A stretch of 64,000 nucleotides of DNA from Burkholderiales bacterium (GTDB lineage Bacteria; Pseudomonadota; Gammaproteobacteria; Burkholderiales; SG8-41), in contig DATFWO010000234.1 in assembly GCA_035259205.1 (NCBI GenBank), positions 3,947-67,946 of the forward strand, written 5' to 3'. A program made the translations under genes and the position numbers. The stretch's first letter is position 1. Each line of letters begins with the position of its first letter. Shown here piece after piece: positions 1-9,089 of this stretch. The notes beneath the pieces are model-generated. The model was not told the origin of the DNA. It searched no databases and saw only the letters and a list, made by a program, of their open reading frames with translations.

Positions 1-81
1 TTGGTCTAGTCCGCCACGAATACGGGTCCCGTCGACGAGCTCCGCCGCAGCGCGAGGCGGGGGGGCAGAAGCGGGCGTCAT
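1..81 (-). CDS. probable 5' end of the molybdopterin (large) subunit of a xanthine dehydrogenase/CO dehydrogenase-family enzyme, truncated by the window edge
   Basis: ATG at 81..79 overlaps the stop of the upstream FAD-subunit gene by 4 nt (ATGA). Small-medium-large subunit order is usual for this family. Only about 27 codons are visible, so there is no domain evidence. Confidence 0.3.
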   Translation of the reverse strand, partial: MTPASAPPPRAAAELVDGTRIRGGLDQ

Positions 82-1073
82 TGCATTCTCCCCGCCGCCT
101 CGATCGCGCGCACGGCCGCGTTCGTCGCCAGGCGGACCTTGAATTCATTGCACGCAAGAGGCCTCGCTTCCGCCATCGACATCCGAACCGCGTCGAGAAG
201 AGCGTTTCGCTGGAGTGATTTCCCGACCAGCTCCGCTTCGGTCCTGGCGAGACGCCAGGGTTTCTGCGCGACGGATCCAAGGGCGATCCGCGCGTGCCGG
301 ATGACGTTCCGCTCCACGACCAGGGCCGCCGCAGCCGAGACCATCGCGTACTCGTAGCTTTCGCGCTCCCTCACTTTGACGTAGGCGGATCGGCGCGCCG
401 CCGAACCTCGCACCAGGTAACCCGAGATCAACTCCCCTGGGGCAAGGCGAGTCTCCCGTTGGGCGTTCCCCGCCTCGTCCTGCGAGAGATGAAAATCCGC
501 AGCGGAAATGGTGCGTCTGCCCTGCGGCCCCACTACGTGGATCTCCGCGTCCAGGCACGCGAGCACCACGGCCGGATCGGATGGCTGCGTCGCAGCGCAC
601 TCGGTAGTCCACCCGAAGATGGCGTGACGCTCGTGATGGCCGTCCATGGCGGCGCATCCGGAACCGGCTTTTCGCTTGTTGCACGGCCACGGCATCGGCT
701 CCTCCACACGAAAGTAGGCGCAGCGTGTTTTCTGGAGGAGGTTGCCGCCCAGCGTGGCGCGATTCCGTATCTGCGGCGAGGCCGCGCGCGCGCAGGCTTC
801 CGCCAGAGCAGGCGCCTTGTCGCGCACGAGGGCGTTTGCCTCTACCTCGGAGAGCGTGGTGAGCGCGCCGATCCAGAGGGTGTCGCCGTCCTCCCGGATA
901 CCTCGCAACGCGGCGATGCGGCCGATGTCCACAACCCGCTCTGGGGCGGCTATGCCCAGCCGCAACCAATTCAGAAGCTCCGTCCCGCCCGCGACAAACG
1001 TCGCGCCGCCCGCTGCGGCGAGCTCCACGGCATGGTTGCCCTCGCTCGCGACTGCATAGGCGAAATCGTTCAT
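78..1073 (-). CDS. xanthine dehydrogenase family FAD-binding (medium, CoxM/XdhB-like) subunit
   Basis: ORF 78..1424 trimmed to Met118 (MNDFAYAV...). Motifs GGTELLNWLRLG and ATLGGNL are typical of FAD_binding_5 medium subunits. The start overlaps the stop of the 2Fe-2S subunit gene by 4 nt. Confidence 0.85.
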   Translation of the reverse strand: MNDFAYAVASEGNHAVELAAAGGATFVAGGTELLNWLRLGIAAPERVVDIGRIAALRGIREDGDTLWIGALTTLSEVEANALVRDKAPALAEACARAASPQIRNRATLGGNLLQKTRCAYFRVEEPMPWPCNKRKAGSGCAAMDGHHERHAIFGWTTECAATQPSDPAVVLACLDAEIHVVGPQGRRTISAADFHLSQDEAGNAQRETRLAPGELISGYLVRGSAARRSAYVKVRERESYEYAMVSAAAALVVERNVIRHARIALGSVAQKPWRLARTEAELVGKSLQRNALLDAVRMSMAEARPLACNEFKVRLATNAAVRAIEAAGRMQ

Positions 1074-1603
1074 GTGCGCCCTCGCTTCGCCGCCTCCAGG
1101 ACGGCGGCGGTAATTTGCGGGTACGCTGCACATCGGCACAGATTTCCGCTCATCCATTCCCGCACCGTCGCGGTGTCTTTCGCATGTCCTTCTCGAATAC
1201 ATGCGACAGCCGATACCACCTGGCCAGGTGTGCAGTAGCCGCATTGAAAGGCATCGTGCTCGATAAAGGCGGCCTGAACGGCGTTGAGCGCGCCGTCGGG
1301 TCCTGCAAGACCTTCGACGGTGACCACGCTTGCATCGGCGCAGGAAGCCGCGAGCGTCATACAGGCGCAGACGCGGCGCCCGTCCAGCAAGACGGTGCAC
1401 GCGCCGCAAGCGCCCTCGTTGCATCCCTTCTTCGTTCCGGTGAGGCCCATGTATTCACGAAGAAAATCCAGGAGGCTGGTTCGCGCCTCCACTTGCATCG
1501 CAACGGAGTTGCCGTTCACGGTCGTGCGCAATGCGATGCGGGTGGAGAACGCCGGTTTTACCTCCGAGACCGCCCTGTCGTCCGCCATGTTCACCTCTGA
1601 CAT
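1070..1603 (-). CDS. (2Fe-2S)-binding small subunit of a xanthine dehydrogenase/aldehyde oxidase-family enzyme (CoxS/PaoA-like)
   Basis: 177 aa with two Cys clusters, CNEGACGACTV and CGYCTPG...CRC, diagnostic of the Fer2 + Fer2_2 small subunit. Confidence 0.9.
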   Translation of the reverse strand: MSEVNMADDRAVSEVKPAFSTRIALRTTVNGNSVAMQVEARTSLLDFLREYMGLTGTKKGCNEGACGACTVLLDGRRVCACMTLAASCADASVVTVEGLAGPDGALNAVQAAFIEHDAFQCGYCTPGQVVSAVACIREGHAKDTATVREWMSGNLCRCAAYPQITAAVLEAAKRGRT

Positions 1604-1675
1604 TCGGGTCGTACGCTATGATCGAATTACCTGCACCGGTGCGATAGTCCCAATCTTGCTCATACAGTTGTTCAG

Positions 1676-2521
1676 ATGCTGACTACGAGAGCAGACGACA
1701 TCGAGCAATCCTTTGAAGCCGGCAGGGTCATTCATGCGGTAATGCCCCCGCATGCGCCAAGCGGCTTTACGTCGCTAACCCCGCCAATCTCCGTAGGTAT
1801 TTCATTCAGCGGGCATCGACGGGCTGCACGGCAGTACGGTAACGGGGCTGTAAGCGACTCCGACATATCGCCAGGCGATGCGTTCGTTGTTGCCTCTGCC
1901 GATCTTCGATGGCTAGATGTCAAGGAGTCGTCGGACGCGCTCGAGGTTCAATTTGATGCGTCTTACCTTCTATCCGTCGCCCGCGACCTCGGTGCGCCCG
2001 GGGTTTTCACGCTGCCGGATGTAAACGGGGCGCCGGACGCGATTGTCTGGGGAATCGCAGCCTCTCTACGGGCCGCTTTGCGCGGCGAACTGTCGATGAG
2101 CGATGTTCAGGCAAGCACTCTGTTACTGAGGCTGACAGTGCACGTCCTCTGCAAGCACGCGTCCTTATCGCCGCCTCGCGCTGAAGGGCGCAAGCTCGAC
2201 TCGAGGCGGCTCGACCGCGTCAGGGACTACATTGATGCCAACATCGGCCATCGTCTGGCCATTCGCGCACTGGCGAAGGTGGCCGCATTCAGCCCGTATC
2301 ACTTCGCGCGCAGCTTCAGGCGCGCAACGGGCATCCCGCCTCACGTCTACGTCACTGCGCGACGCATGGAGCGTGCCCGGCAGCTCACCCTGCAGACCGA
2401 TCTGCCCACTACCGCTATTGCGCAGTTGGTCGGCTATTGCCAGATCGCGCACTTCCGCGCCAACTTTGTTCGGCATTTTGGTGTAACACCGCGGTTGCTT
2501 CGCTCGCGGCACGCGTGCTGA
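1676..2521 (+). CDS. AraC family transcriptional regulator
   Basis: C-terminal double helix-turn-helix (FSPYHFARSFRRATGIPPHVYVTARRMERAR ... LVGYCQIAHFRANFVRHFGVTP). Divergent from the xdh-like operon. Confidence 0.85.
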   Translation: MLTTRADDIEQSFEAGRVIHAVMPPHAPSGFTSLTPPISVGISFSGHRRAARQYGNGAVSDSDISPGDAFVVASADLRWLDVKESSDALEVQFDASYLLSVARDLGAPGVFTLPDVNGAPDAIVWGIAASLRAALRGELSMSDVQASTLLLRLTVHVLCKHASLSPPRAEGRKLDSRRLDRVRDYIDANIGHRLAIRALAKVAAFSPYHFARSFRRATGIPPHVYVTARRMERARQLTLQTDLPTTAIAQLVGYCQIAHFRANFVRHFGVTPRLLRSRHAC

Positions 2522-2542
2522 TGCGCCAGCGCCGGCGTCCCT

Positions 2543-3451
2543 CTAGCCCGGCTGCCCCAGCACCATGATCTCGGCACCCTCCAGCGCATAGCGCGCGTAG
2601 CGGAAGTCCCGGATAGCGACCACCCGGTCGCCGGTCCACTCCAGGACGACGAAGTAGATTGGCGTGCCCAGCATGTCGTCCGGGTCGAATGCGAGCAGCG
2701 CCGGCCTCCGGTCCACCATGCCTGGAACGAAGCGCCAGCCGCCGAGACGGCCGTAGTTCCCGAAGTAGCTGACAGCCGAGCTCTTGCCGGTGGCCTGCAC
2801 GCGATTCACGAGGTCGAACCTGAGCTCGTCCGCGAGCATGGCGCGCACCGCCTCGAAGTTCCGCGCGTTGAAATGGTCGGCATAAGTGGTCAACAGCTTC
2901 CGCTCATGCTCATTGAGCGTGGGCAGAGGCCTGTCGTCCGGCTCCTTGGAGAGCTCCTTGAGGTTCGCGCGGCCCCTTTGCAGAGCTGACTTCACCGCCG
3001 CTATGCTGCTCCCGGTGAACTCCGCGATCTCGTCCAGGGAATAACCCAGCACGTCCTTGAAGATCACGGTGCTGCGTTGCAGCGCCGGCAGCCGCATGAA
3101 AGTCCGCAGGCTCACGAGGACCGTGTCGCCAGTGTCCACGCTCGCCGAAGGGTCGATGATCATCTCTAGGTCCTCGGTAGTGTGAGTGGCGTCCTGCCTC
3201 GCGCGCCGTCGCAGGAAGTCGATCGCCGTGTTGTGCGCCACCCGGATCAGCCAGCGTTCGAGCATGGAGAAGTTCTCGATGTCGGGAGGCGATTCGAGCA
3301 CCTTCAGCATCACCTCCTGCACGACGTCTTCCCCGTCCACGGCGGAGCCCGTCATGCGCGCACAGTAGCGGTGCAGCCGCGGCCGCAGCTCGGCGAGCAT
3401 CCGCGCCAGGAGCTCGTGCTTCGCGTCGCTGGGGGCAGGTGCGTCTGGCAT
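2543..3451 (-). CDS. ECF-type RNA polymerase sigma-70 factor with a C-terminal NTF2/SnoaL-like extension (ECF41/SigJ-like)
   Basis: Region 2 (VQEVMLKV..WLIRVAHNTAIDFLRRR) and region 4 (VLGYSLDEIAEFTGSSIAAVKSALQRGR) are followed by a tail of about 120 aa. No anti-sigma gene is adjacent. Confidence 0.85.
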   Translation of the reverse strand: MPDAPAPSDAKHELLARMLAELRPRLHRYCARMTGSAVDGEDVVQEVMLKVLESPPDIENFSMLERWLIRVAHNTAIDFLRRRARQDATHTTEDLEMIIDPSASVDTGDTVLVSLRTFMRLPALQRSTVIFKDVLGYSLDEIAEFTGSSIAAVKSALQRGRANLKELSKEPDDRPLPTLNEHERKLLTTYADHFNARNFEAVRAMLADELRFDLVNRVQATGKSSAVSYFGNYGRLGGWRFVPGMVDRRPALLAFDPDDMLGTPIYFVVLEWTGDRVVAIRDFRYARYALEGAEIMVLGQPG

Positions 3452-3645
3452 GGCGCTAGCTGATCTTGAATTGTTTCATCGTATACCGCGGTGGTGAGCC
3501 TGTCCTCGCTCGTTACCAATAGAACGTTTCAGCCCATCAAAAAGAATCTCCCTCCCCAAAAAAAGCATCTGGATCGATTCCTCTTGCTCGGGCCATTCGT
3601 TTAGTCCACGAAACCTGATCAACCATCGGATCGAAGGAGACCGTC

Positions 3646-4365
3646 ATGAACATCAGCCAGAAAACAGTATTGATCACCGGCGCCAACCGCGGCGTCGGCC
3701 GCGCCCTGGTGAGCGAGGCGCTCAAGCGCGGTGCGACCCGGGTCTATGCGGGGACCCGCAACGCCCTCCAGCATCCCGACGAGCGCGTTACGCCGTTGAT
3801 CCTGGACGTAACCAACGCCGCGGACATCAAGCGGGTGGTAAGCGAGGTCGGCGCCCTGGACGTGCTCGTCAACAACGCCGGCATCGCCCTGTTCGACGAC
3901 CTGAGCGATTCCGGCTCTATCGAGAAGCACATGGCCGTCAACTTCCACGGGCCGTTCAGGATGATCCAGGCGTTCCTGCCGCAGCTCAAGCGCTCCAAGG
4001 GTGCGGTCGTCAACGTGCTCTCTCTGTCGTCGCTCGCGCCGCTACCGGTGGTCCCGTCCTACTCCATCTCCAAGGCCGCCGCCCATTCCCTGACGCAGAC
4101 TTTCAGGGCTTACCTGGCTGGCCAATGCGTGGCAGTGCATGGCGTGTACCTCGGCCCCACGGACACCGACATGAACCGGGGATTCGACATACCCAAGGCC
4201 ACGCCCGAATCAGTGGCGCGCGGAATCTTCGACGGGGTGCAGAAGGGCGAAGAGGACATCTTCCCCGACCCGGTGTCCCAGGCGCTGGCAGAAGGCTGGC
4301 GCAACGGCGTGGTCAAGGCGTTCGAGCGCCAATACGCGGGCTTCCTGCCGCAGAGCATGGCCTGA
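3646..4365 (+). CDS. SDR family oxidoreductase
   Basis: TGANRGVGRA Rossmann motif, NNAG, and YSISK (YxxxK) catalytic motif. 239 aa. Confidence 0.85.
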   Translation: MNISQKTVLITGANRGVGRALVSEALKRGATRVYAGTRNALQHPDERVTPLILDVTNAADIKRVVSEVGALDVLVNNAGIALFDDLSDSGSIEKHMAVNFHGPFRMIQAFLPQLKRSKGAVVNVLSLSSLAPLPVVPSYSISKAAAHSLTQTFRAYLAGQCVAVHGVYLGPTDTDMNRGFDIPKATPESVARGIFDGVQKGEEDIFPDPVSQALAEGWRNGVVKAFERQYAGFLPQSMA

Positions 4366-4397
4366 CACAGCGACCACAAACACAGGAGAAACGATCT

Positions 4398-4853
4398 ATG
4401 AAGAACCACGATTTCACTTCCACCTTCACCGTGGACCAGTCCCCGGAACGAGTCTTCGACGCCATCAGCGATGTCCGCAGATGGTGGTCTGGAGAGGTGC
4501 AGGGCGACACCAAGAAGCTCGGCGACGAGTTCACCTACCGCGTCGCCGGCGCACACTATTCCAAGCAGAAGATCACCAAAGCCGTGCCCGGGAAAAAGAT
4601 CGTCTGGCACGTCTTGGATGCCCGTCTTGACTTCGCAAAAGACAAGAGCGAGTGGAAGGGCACGGACATCGTCTTCGAGATCACCCAGAAGGGCGCGCAG
4701 ACCGAAGTCCGTTTCACTCACAAAGGCCTGGCGCCGGCGTTCGAGTGCTACGACACCTGCTCGAATGCCTGGGGGATGCTGGTCAACGGCAACTTGCGCA
4801 GATTGATCGCCACGGGCAAACCGCAGCCGAGTCCGTGGGGACGGGCCGCCTGA
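4398..4853 (+). CDS. SRPBCC/AHSA1 (Activator of Hsp90 ATPase homolog 1-like) domain protein
   Basis: Met92 of ORF 4125..4853, with an AGGAGA RBS about 8 nt upstream. The 151-aa START-like fold family was recognised by overall similarity (FTVDQSPERVFDAISDVRRWW...). Confidence 0.75.
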   Translation: MKNHDFTSTFTVDQSPERVFDAISDVRRWWSGEVQGDTKKLGDEFTYRVAGAHYSKQKITKAVPGKKIVWHVLDARLDFAKDKSEWKGTDIVFEITQKGAQTEVRFTHKGLAPAFECYDTCSNAWGMLVNGNLRRLIATGKPQPSPWGRAA

Positions 4854-4861
4854 GCGATCAC

Positions 4862-5245
4862 CTAGATCACTGGCTTGATGTCGACCACGGGCGTTCCGTC
4901 GATCGCCTCGATGGGCCCGATGCGCACGCGCGTGCCCGCGATCTCGCGCACGGTGACGCGGTGCAGGCCCAGCGGATTGGGCCGATGCGGCGAGCGCGTC
5001 GAGAAAACGCCGGCCAGCGGGTTGCGCGGATCGCCCCGCGGGTGAACTTCCAGTGTGTCGCGATCCGCGAGGTGCAGCCAGGTAATCACGATGAGCGTGT
5101 CCCCGGCATTTGTGCCAAGGAGGGCTCGCGCGAACGCTGGATCCAGCTCGAGCCACGCATCGGGCGCGCCCTCGGCGCCCTGCTTCGGCGCGGACGCCGC
5201 GTCGCGCAGGATCGAGCGAATGTATCCGATGGGACGAAGCTTCAT
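4862..5245 (-). CDS. tsaA: TsaA/TrmO-like (UPF0066) domain protein; short form of the tRNA m6t6A37 methyltransferase family
   Basis: IGYIRS..., HPRGDPRNPLAGVFSTRSPHRPNPLGL, and GTPVVDIKP motifs. 127 aa, so only the N-terminal barrel domain is present. Confidence 0.75.
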   Translation of the reverse strand: MKLRPIGYIRSILRDAASAPKQGAEGAPDAWLELDPAFARALLGTNAGDTLIVITWLHLADRDTLEVHPRGDPRNPLAGVFSTRSPHRPNPLGLHRVTVREIAGTRVRIGPIEAIDGTPVVDIKPVI

Positions 5246-6126
5246 GCCAGCACGGCCAGATCGAGGGTGGCGAGCCGCGCCGGATCCGAGATGACTTCTG
5301 CGGCGCGAATCCTGCCGCCGTCGTCGAATTCGAACCTGAGCACGCGCAGAAGCCGTCCTCGTCGCGCGAGGATAAGCCCGACAGCCCCGTTCACCAGCGC
5401 CGGTTGCATGAAGCGGGCGGCCTGGGCATACGCCACCGCGCCCCTGGCCCAGTTGCGCGCGCCGCGCACCTCGGTCGGGGCCCCCGGGCGGCCGGGGCTG
5501 TCGGTGCGCAGGACGACGTCGGGATCGAGCACCGCAACGAGGCCTTCGAAGTCGGCGGCGCGCAGGGCCGCTACGAACGCGTCGACCACTTCACGCTGCC
5601 GCGCGAGGCGGTCGGGATCGACCGCCGGCGCGCCGCGCACGCGCCGGCGAGCGCGGCTCGCGAGCTGCCGTGCCGCGGCCGGCGTGCGCCCGACGATCGC
5701 GCCGATTTCCTCGAAGGGCAGGTCGAACATGTCGTGCAGGACAAAGGCGAGACGTTCCGCCGGATCGAGCGTCTCGAGCACCACGAGGAGAGCAAGCCCC
5801 ACGGAGCTCGCGAGCTGCGCCTCCTCCTCCGGATTGGGGGCGTGCCCGGTCGCGGCGACCGCGTCCCCGACGCTCTCCTCGAGGGACTCCTCCTGCCGCG
5901 CCTTGCGGGAACGCAGCATGTCTAGGCAGACGCGGGAGACCACCGTCGTCAGCCAGCCGCCGAGATTGTCGATGCCCTTCGCGTCGGAGCGGGCAAGCCG
6001 CAGCCACGCCTCCTGCACTGCGTCCTCGGCCTCCCCGAGCGAGCCGAGCATCCGGTAGGCCACGCGGCGCAGCTGCCCGCGATGGTCCTCGAACCGCTGC
6101 GCCAGCCACTCGTTTCCACTGCTCAT
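5242..6126 (-). CDS. ECF-type RNA polymerase sigma-70 factor with a C-terminal NTF2/SnoaL-like extension (SigJ-like)
   Basis: Region 2 (EDAVQEAWLRL..WLTTVVSRVCLDMLRSR) and region 4 (HDMFDLPFEEIGAIVGRTPAAARQLASRARRR) plus an NTF2-like tail. 4-nt overlap with the downstream tsaA-like gene. Confidence 0.85.
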   Translation of the reverse strand: MSSGNEWLAQRFEDHRGQLRRVAYRMLGSLGEAEDAVQEAWLRLARSDAKGIDNLGGWLTTVVSRVCLDMLRSRKARQEESLEESVGDAVAATGHAPNPEEEAQLASSVGLALLVVLETLDPAERLAFVLHDMFDLPFEEIGAIVGRTPAAARQLASRARRRVRGAPAVDPDRLARQREVVDAFVAALRAADFEGLVAVLDPDVVLRTDSPGRPGAPTEVRGARNWARGAVAYAQAARFMQPALVNGAVGLILARRGRLLRVLRFEFDDGGRIRAAEVISDPARLATLDLAVLA

Positions 6127-6255
6127 CCGCGTCGCTCCATGTGCATAAGCCCGATATGACGTGCCGGAGCCGCAATGTGTGACACCGTCACATTTTTCCG
6201 TTGCGCCTCGTCATGCCTGGTGAGGCCGATGTGGCCGATTCCCAAGGAGATGATG

Positions 6256-6615
6256 ATGCAATTCGTATTGATGATCTATCAGGGTACTACCCCCTTGCCC
6301 GGCACGGACGCTTGGAAGGCGCTGCCCGAGCAGGAGCAGAAGCGGATCTACGCGGAATATGGAGAGCTCAACAAGGTCCCCGGCATCACTCCCGGCCTTC
6401 CGCTCGGATTGCCGAAAGATGCGAAGACCGTGCGCGTCAGCAACGGCCGTACCCAGGTCGCCGATGGCCCGTACGTCGACGCCGGCCGCGCAGTCGGCGG
6501 ATACGTCGTGTTCGAAGCCGATGATCTCGAAGCCGCGGTCAAGCTTGCCTCGCGCATTCCCGCGGCCCGGCTGGGTGGCGCGGTCGAGGTGCGTCCGGTC
6601 GCGCGATACTGGTGA
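6256..6615 (+). CDS. YciI/DGPF (YCII-related) domain protein
   Basis: MQFVLMIYQG...GRTQVADGPYVDAGRAVGGYVVFEADDLEAAVKLASRIPAA. Three in-frame ATGs lie at 6250/6253/6256, and an AAGGAG RBS favours 6256. Confidence 0.8.
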   Translation: MQFVLMIYQGTTPLPGTDAWKALPEQEQKRIYAEYGELNKVPGITPGLPLGLPKDAKTVRVSNGRTQVADGPYVDAGRAVGGYVVFEADDLEAAVKLASRIPAARLGGAVEVRPVARYW

Positions 6616-6636
6616 CGAAGGAACTGGAGACGGCAG

Positions 6637-7203
6637 ATGCCAAGATACGTCGCGGCGTTGACCGTGGTGTTCATGCTGGGATTGGTATTGACCCGCGCGA
6701 TCATGCTGAGACGGCGCGGGGTGGAAGCCATGAAATTCGGCAAACTCGACAAGACCGATTTCTTCATCCCGCCGTTTGCCTTCTTCTACTTTTATCTCGT
6801 CTTTGCGGCAGCCTTCCATTGGCCGACCGTGAGCACACAGGAGTTCTTTCACTCGGACGTAATCTCCTGGACCGGGGTAGCCCTTTGCCTGGCAGGATTG
6901 TCGCTGCTCCTGTGGAGTCTCGTTTCGTTCGGCCAGAGTTTCCGCGTGGGTATTGATGTCGATCATCCTGACAAGCTCATCACCACAGGCGCTTTTGCAC
7001 ACACGCGCAATCCCATTTACTCGGCGTTTGCGGCGATCCTGGTGGGGCAGTCCCTGATATTCCCCAATTGGATACTGTTGGCATATATCGTTGCGGCCGC
7101 GTGGCTCTTTCACCGTCAGGTCTTGCGCGAAGAAGCGTTCTTGAAGCAGCATTACGGTCAGCCGTACGCGGAGTACTGCCAACGGGTGAGACGGTATATC
7201 TGA
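6637..7203 (+). CDS. isoprenylcysteine carboxyl methyltransferase (ICMT)/phospholipid methyltransferase family membrane protein
   Basis: Multi-TM N-terminal part, and a C-terminal LITTGAFAHTRNPIYSAF...FHRQVLREEAFLKQHYGQPYAEYCQRVRRYI signature. Confidence 0.8.
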   Translation: MPRYVAALTVVFMLGLVLTRAIMLRRRGVEAMKFGKLDKTDFFIPPFAFFYFYLVFAAAFHWPTVSTQEFFHSDVISWTGVALCLAGLSLLLWSLVSFGQSFRVGIDVDHPDKLITTGAFAHTRNPIYSAFAAILVGQSLIFPNWILLAYIVAAAWLFHRQVLREEAFLKQHYGQPYAEYCQRVRRYI

Positions 7204-7400
7204 GCAAGTTACCTTAGACTGACGACGCTCGGCACCTGGCCCGTGCAGCGCAGCCGCGCCATGGCTCGAAGCAACGCCCCGCGCGGGTGGAGCGCCGCCG
7301 GGCGCTTGCCGCGCGTTTGCCTCCAGGGAAAGTGTCCGGGAAGCAGCGGATGCAGCGGCGTGCCTACACTTCAATCTCCTGCGATTCCTCCGCGATGGGT

Positions 7401-7541
7401 TTAATTGCACCTCCAATTCGCCTTCCAGGCCGAGTGGCCACCCTTCATGTACTTCGCGTCGAAGCCGGCCTCCCGCAGCATGATCGCGGTCTTGCAGCCG
7501 ACACGGAAACCGGCGTATCTGGCGGTCGGTTGAAGTATGTT
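7401..7541 (-). pseudogene. possible relic of a rhodanese-like domain gene (C-terminal fragment only)
   Basis: A 46-codon open frame bounded by stops reads ..ARYAGFRVGCKTAIMLREAGFDAKYMKGGHSAWKANW*. This resembles rhodanese C-termini (active-site Cys loop plus ..GG..AW). It has no start codon and no N-terminal part. Confidence 0.25.
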
Positions 7542-7650
7542 TTAGTCTACTTCTTACCGAACTCGCGATCGGGTTTGTGACGATGCAAAGCGATCTCAAC
7601 TTGCTGCCAGTCGGTTTAGCGATCTTGCGCATTCCCGGAGACCATCATAT

Positions 7651-9012
7651 ATGGCTACGATTACGGAAACGTCATGGGTGACGCGCGCGGCGCGCAGAAG
7701 CGCAGGCAAGATCCTGCGCGACAGGGTTTCGCGGTCTACACACGGTGCGTGGAAACCTGTCGAGCGAGAACGCGATCCGATTGCGATTTTGCGTAAAACG
7801 GATGCAGGGCGGGTAAAGACGCTGCTGCCGATCCGGTATGGACGGATGCGTACATCCCCGTTCGCCTTCTTGCGCGGGTCCGCCGCAGTCATGGCGTTTG
7901 ATCTGGCGAGTACGCCCACGACCGGGATCCCGGTTCAAGCCTGCGGTGATGCGCACCTGATGAACTTTGGCGGGTTCGCCACGCCGGAGCGCAACATCAT
8001 ATTCGACGTAAACGACTTTGATGAAACTCTTCCTGCTCCATGGGAGTGGGATATCAAGCGGCTCGCGGCGAGCGTCATGGTCGCCGGCCGCTACCGGGGC
8101 TTCGGCGGCGGACGCTGCGCTGATGCGGTTCTCGCTACGGTGCGCGCCTACCGGGAAAAGCTTCGTGAATTTTCGCGCTTGACGCCATTGGAGATCTGGC
8201 ATGCACGAATCGAGGCGCACGACGTCGTCGATATGGTCAGCCAGCACGACGTTCGTCGATTGCGTGAGGAGGCTGCGGGGCTGATGCACGTCCACACGGC
8301 GGGGCACCTGCTGCCCAAGATGGTCGTAATGAGGAACGGCAAGCTCAGGATCAAAGACGACCCGCCGCTCATCTTCCATGAGCCGGGACACGACGGGTAT
8401 GTACGTATTGCTCATGCACTCGAGCGCTACTGCGGCTCGCTTTCCGATGAGCACCGAGCACTACTCGAGCGCTATCGCTTTGTTGACGCGGCCCTCAAGG
8501 TAGTCGGAGTGGGCAGTGTCGGCACCCGCTGTGCCGTCGCCTTGTTCCTGGCCGAGGATGACGAGCCCTTGTTTCTGCAGTTCAAGGAGGCTCGCCCCTC
8601 GGTACTGGAGCCCTACGTCGGGAGAAGCAAGTATCAAAATCACGGCCAACGGGTAGTGGTCGGGCAGCGGGCGATGCAGTCGGCGAGCGATATATTCCTG
8701 GGTTGGTCGTCCACTGGAAATTCCGGATTCGATTTCTACGTGCGGCAGCTACGCGACATCAAGACGTCGGTAAATCTGGATGCGCTCAAGCCCTCAACAT
8801 TCGCTACGTACGCCAGTCATTGCGCCTGTGCGCTCGCCCGCGCCCATGCTAAGACCGGTGATGCAGCAATGATCAGTGGGTACCTGGGCAAGAGCGACAG
8901 CTTCGATCGCGCGCTCCTTGCTTTCGCCCGGAGTTACTCGAGTGCGACGGAAGGCGACTATGACGCACTGGTCAAGGCTATCGATTCAGGGCAGGTAAGC
9001 GCAGATAGATAA
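7651..9012 (+). CDS. DUF2252 domain-containing protein
   Basis: 453 aa. The stretch LLPIRYGRMRTSPFAFLRGSAAVMAFDL...GDAHLMNFGGFATPERNIIFDVNDFDETLPAPWEWDIKRLAAS matches the DUF2252 family pattern. Confidence 0.8.
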   Translation: MATITETSWVTRAARRSAGKILRDRVSRSTHGAWKPVERERDPIAILRKTDAGRVKTLLPIRYGRMRTSPFAFLRGSAAVMAFDLASTPTTGIPVQACGDAHLMNFGGFATPERNIIFDVNDFDETLPAPWEWDIKRLAASVMVAGRYRGFGGGRCADAVLATVRAYREKLREFSRLTPLEIWHARIEAHDVVDMVSQHDVRRLREEAAGLMHVHTAGHLLPKMVVMRNGKLRIKDDPPLIFHEPGHDGYVRIAHALERYCGSLSDEHRALLERYRFVDAALKVVGVGSVGTRCAVALFLAEDDEPLFLQFKEARPSVLEPYVGRSKYQNHGQRVVVGQRAMQSASDIFLGWSSTGNSGFDFYVRQLRDIKTSVNLDALKPSTFATYASHCACALARAHAKTGDAAMISGYLGKSDSFDRALLAFARSYSSATEGDYDALVKAIDSGQVSADR

Positions 9013-9089
9013 CCTTGAAACACCGTATTGCGCGCTCTAAGGCACGCTCATCCCCCTTCCAAAGCGGTGCACCGCGCCTTCTCGCATGG

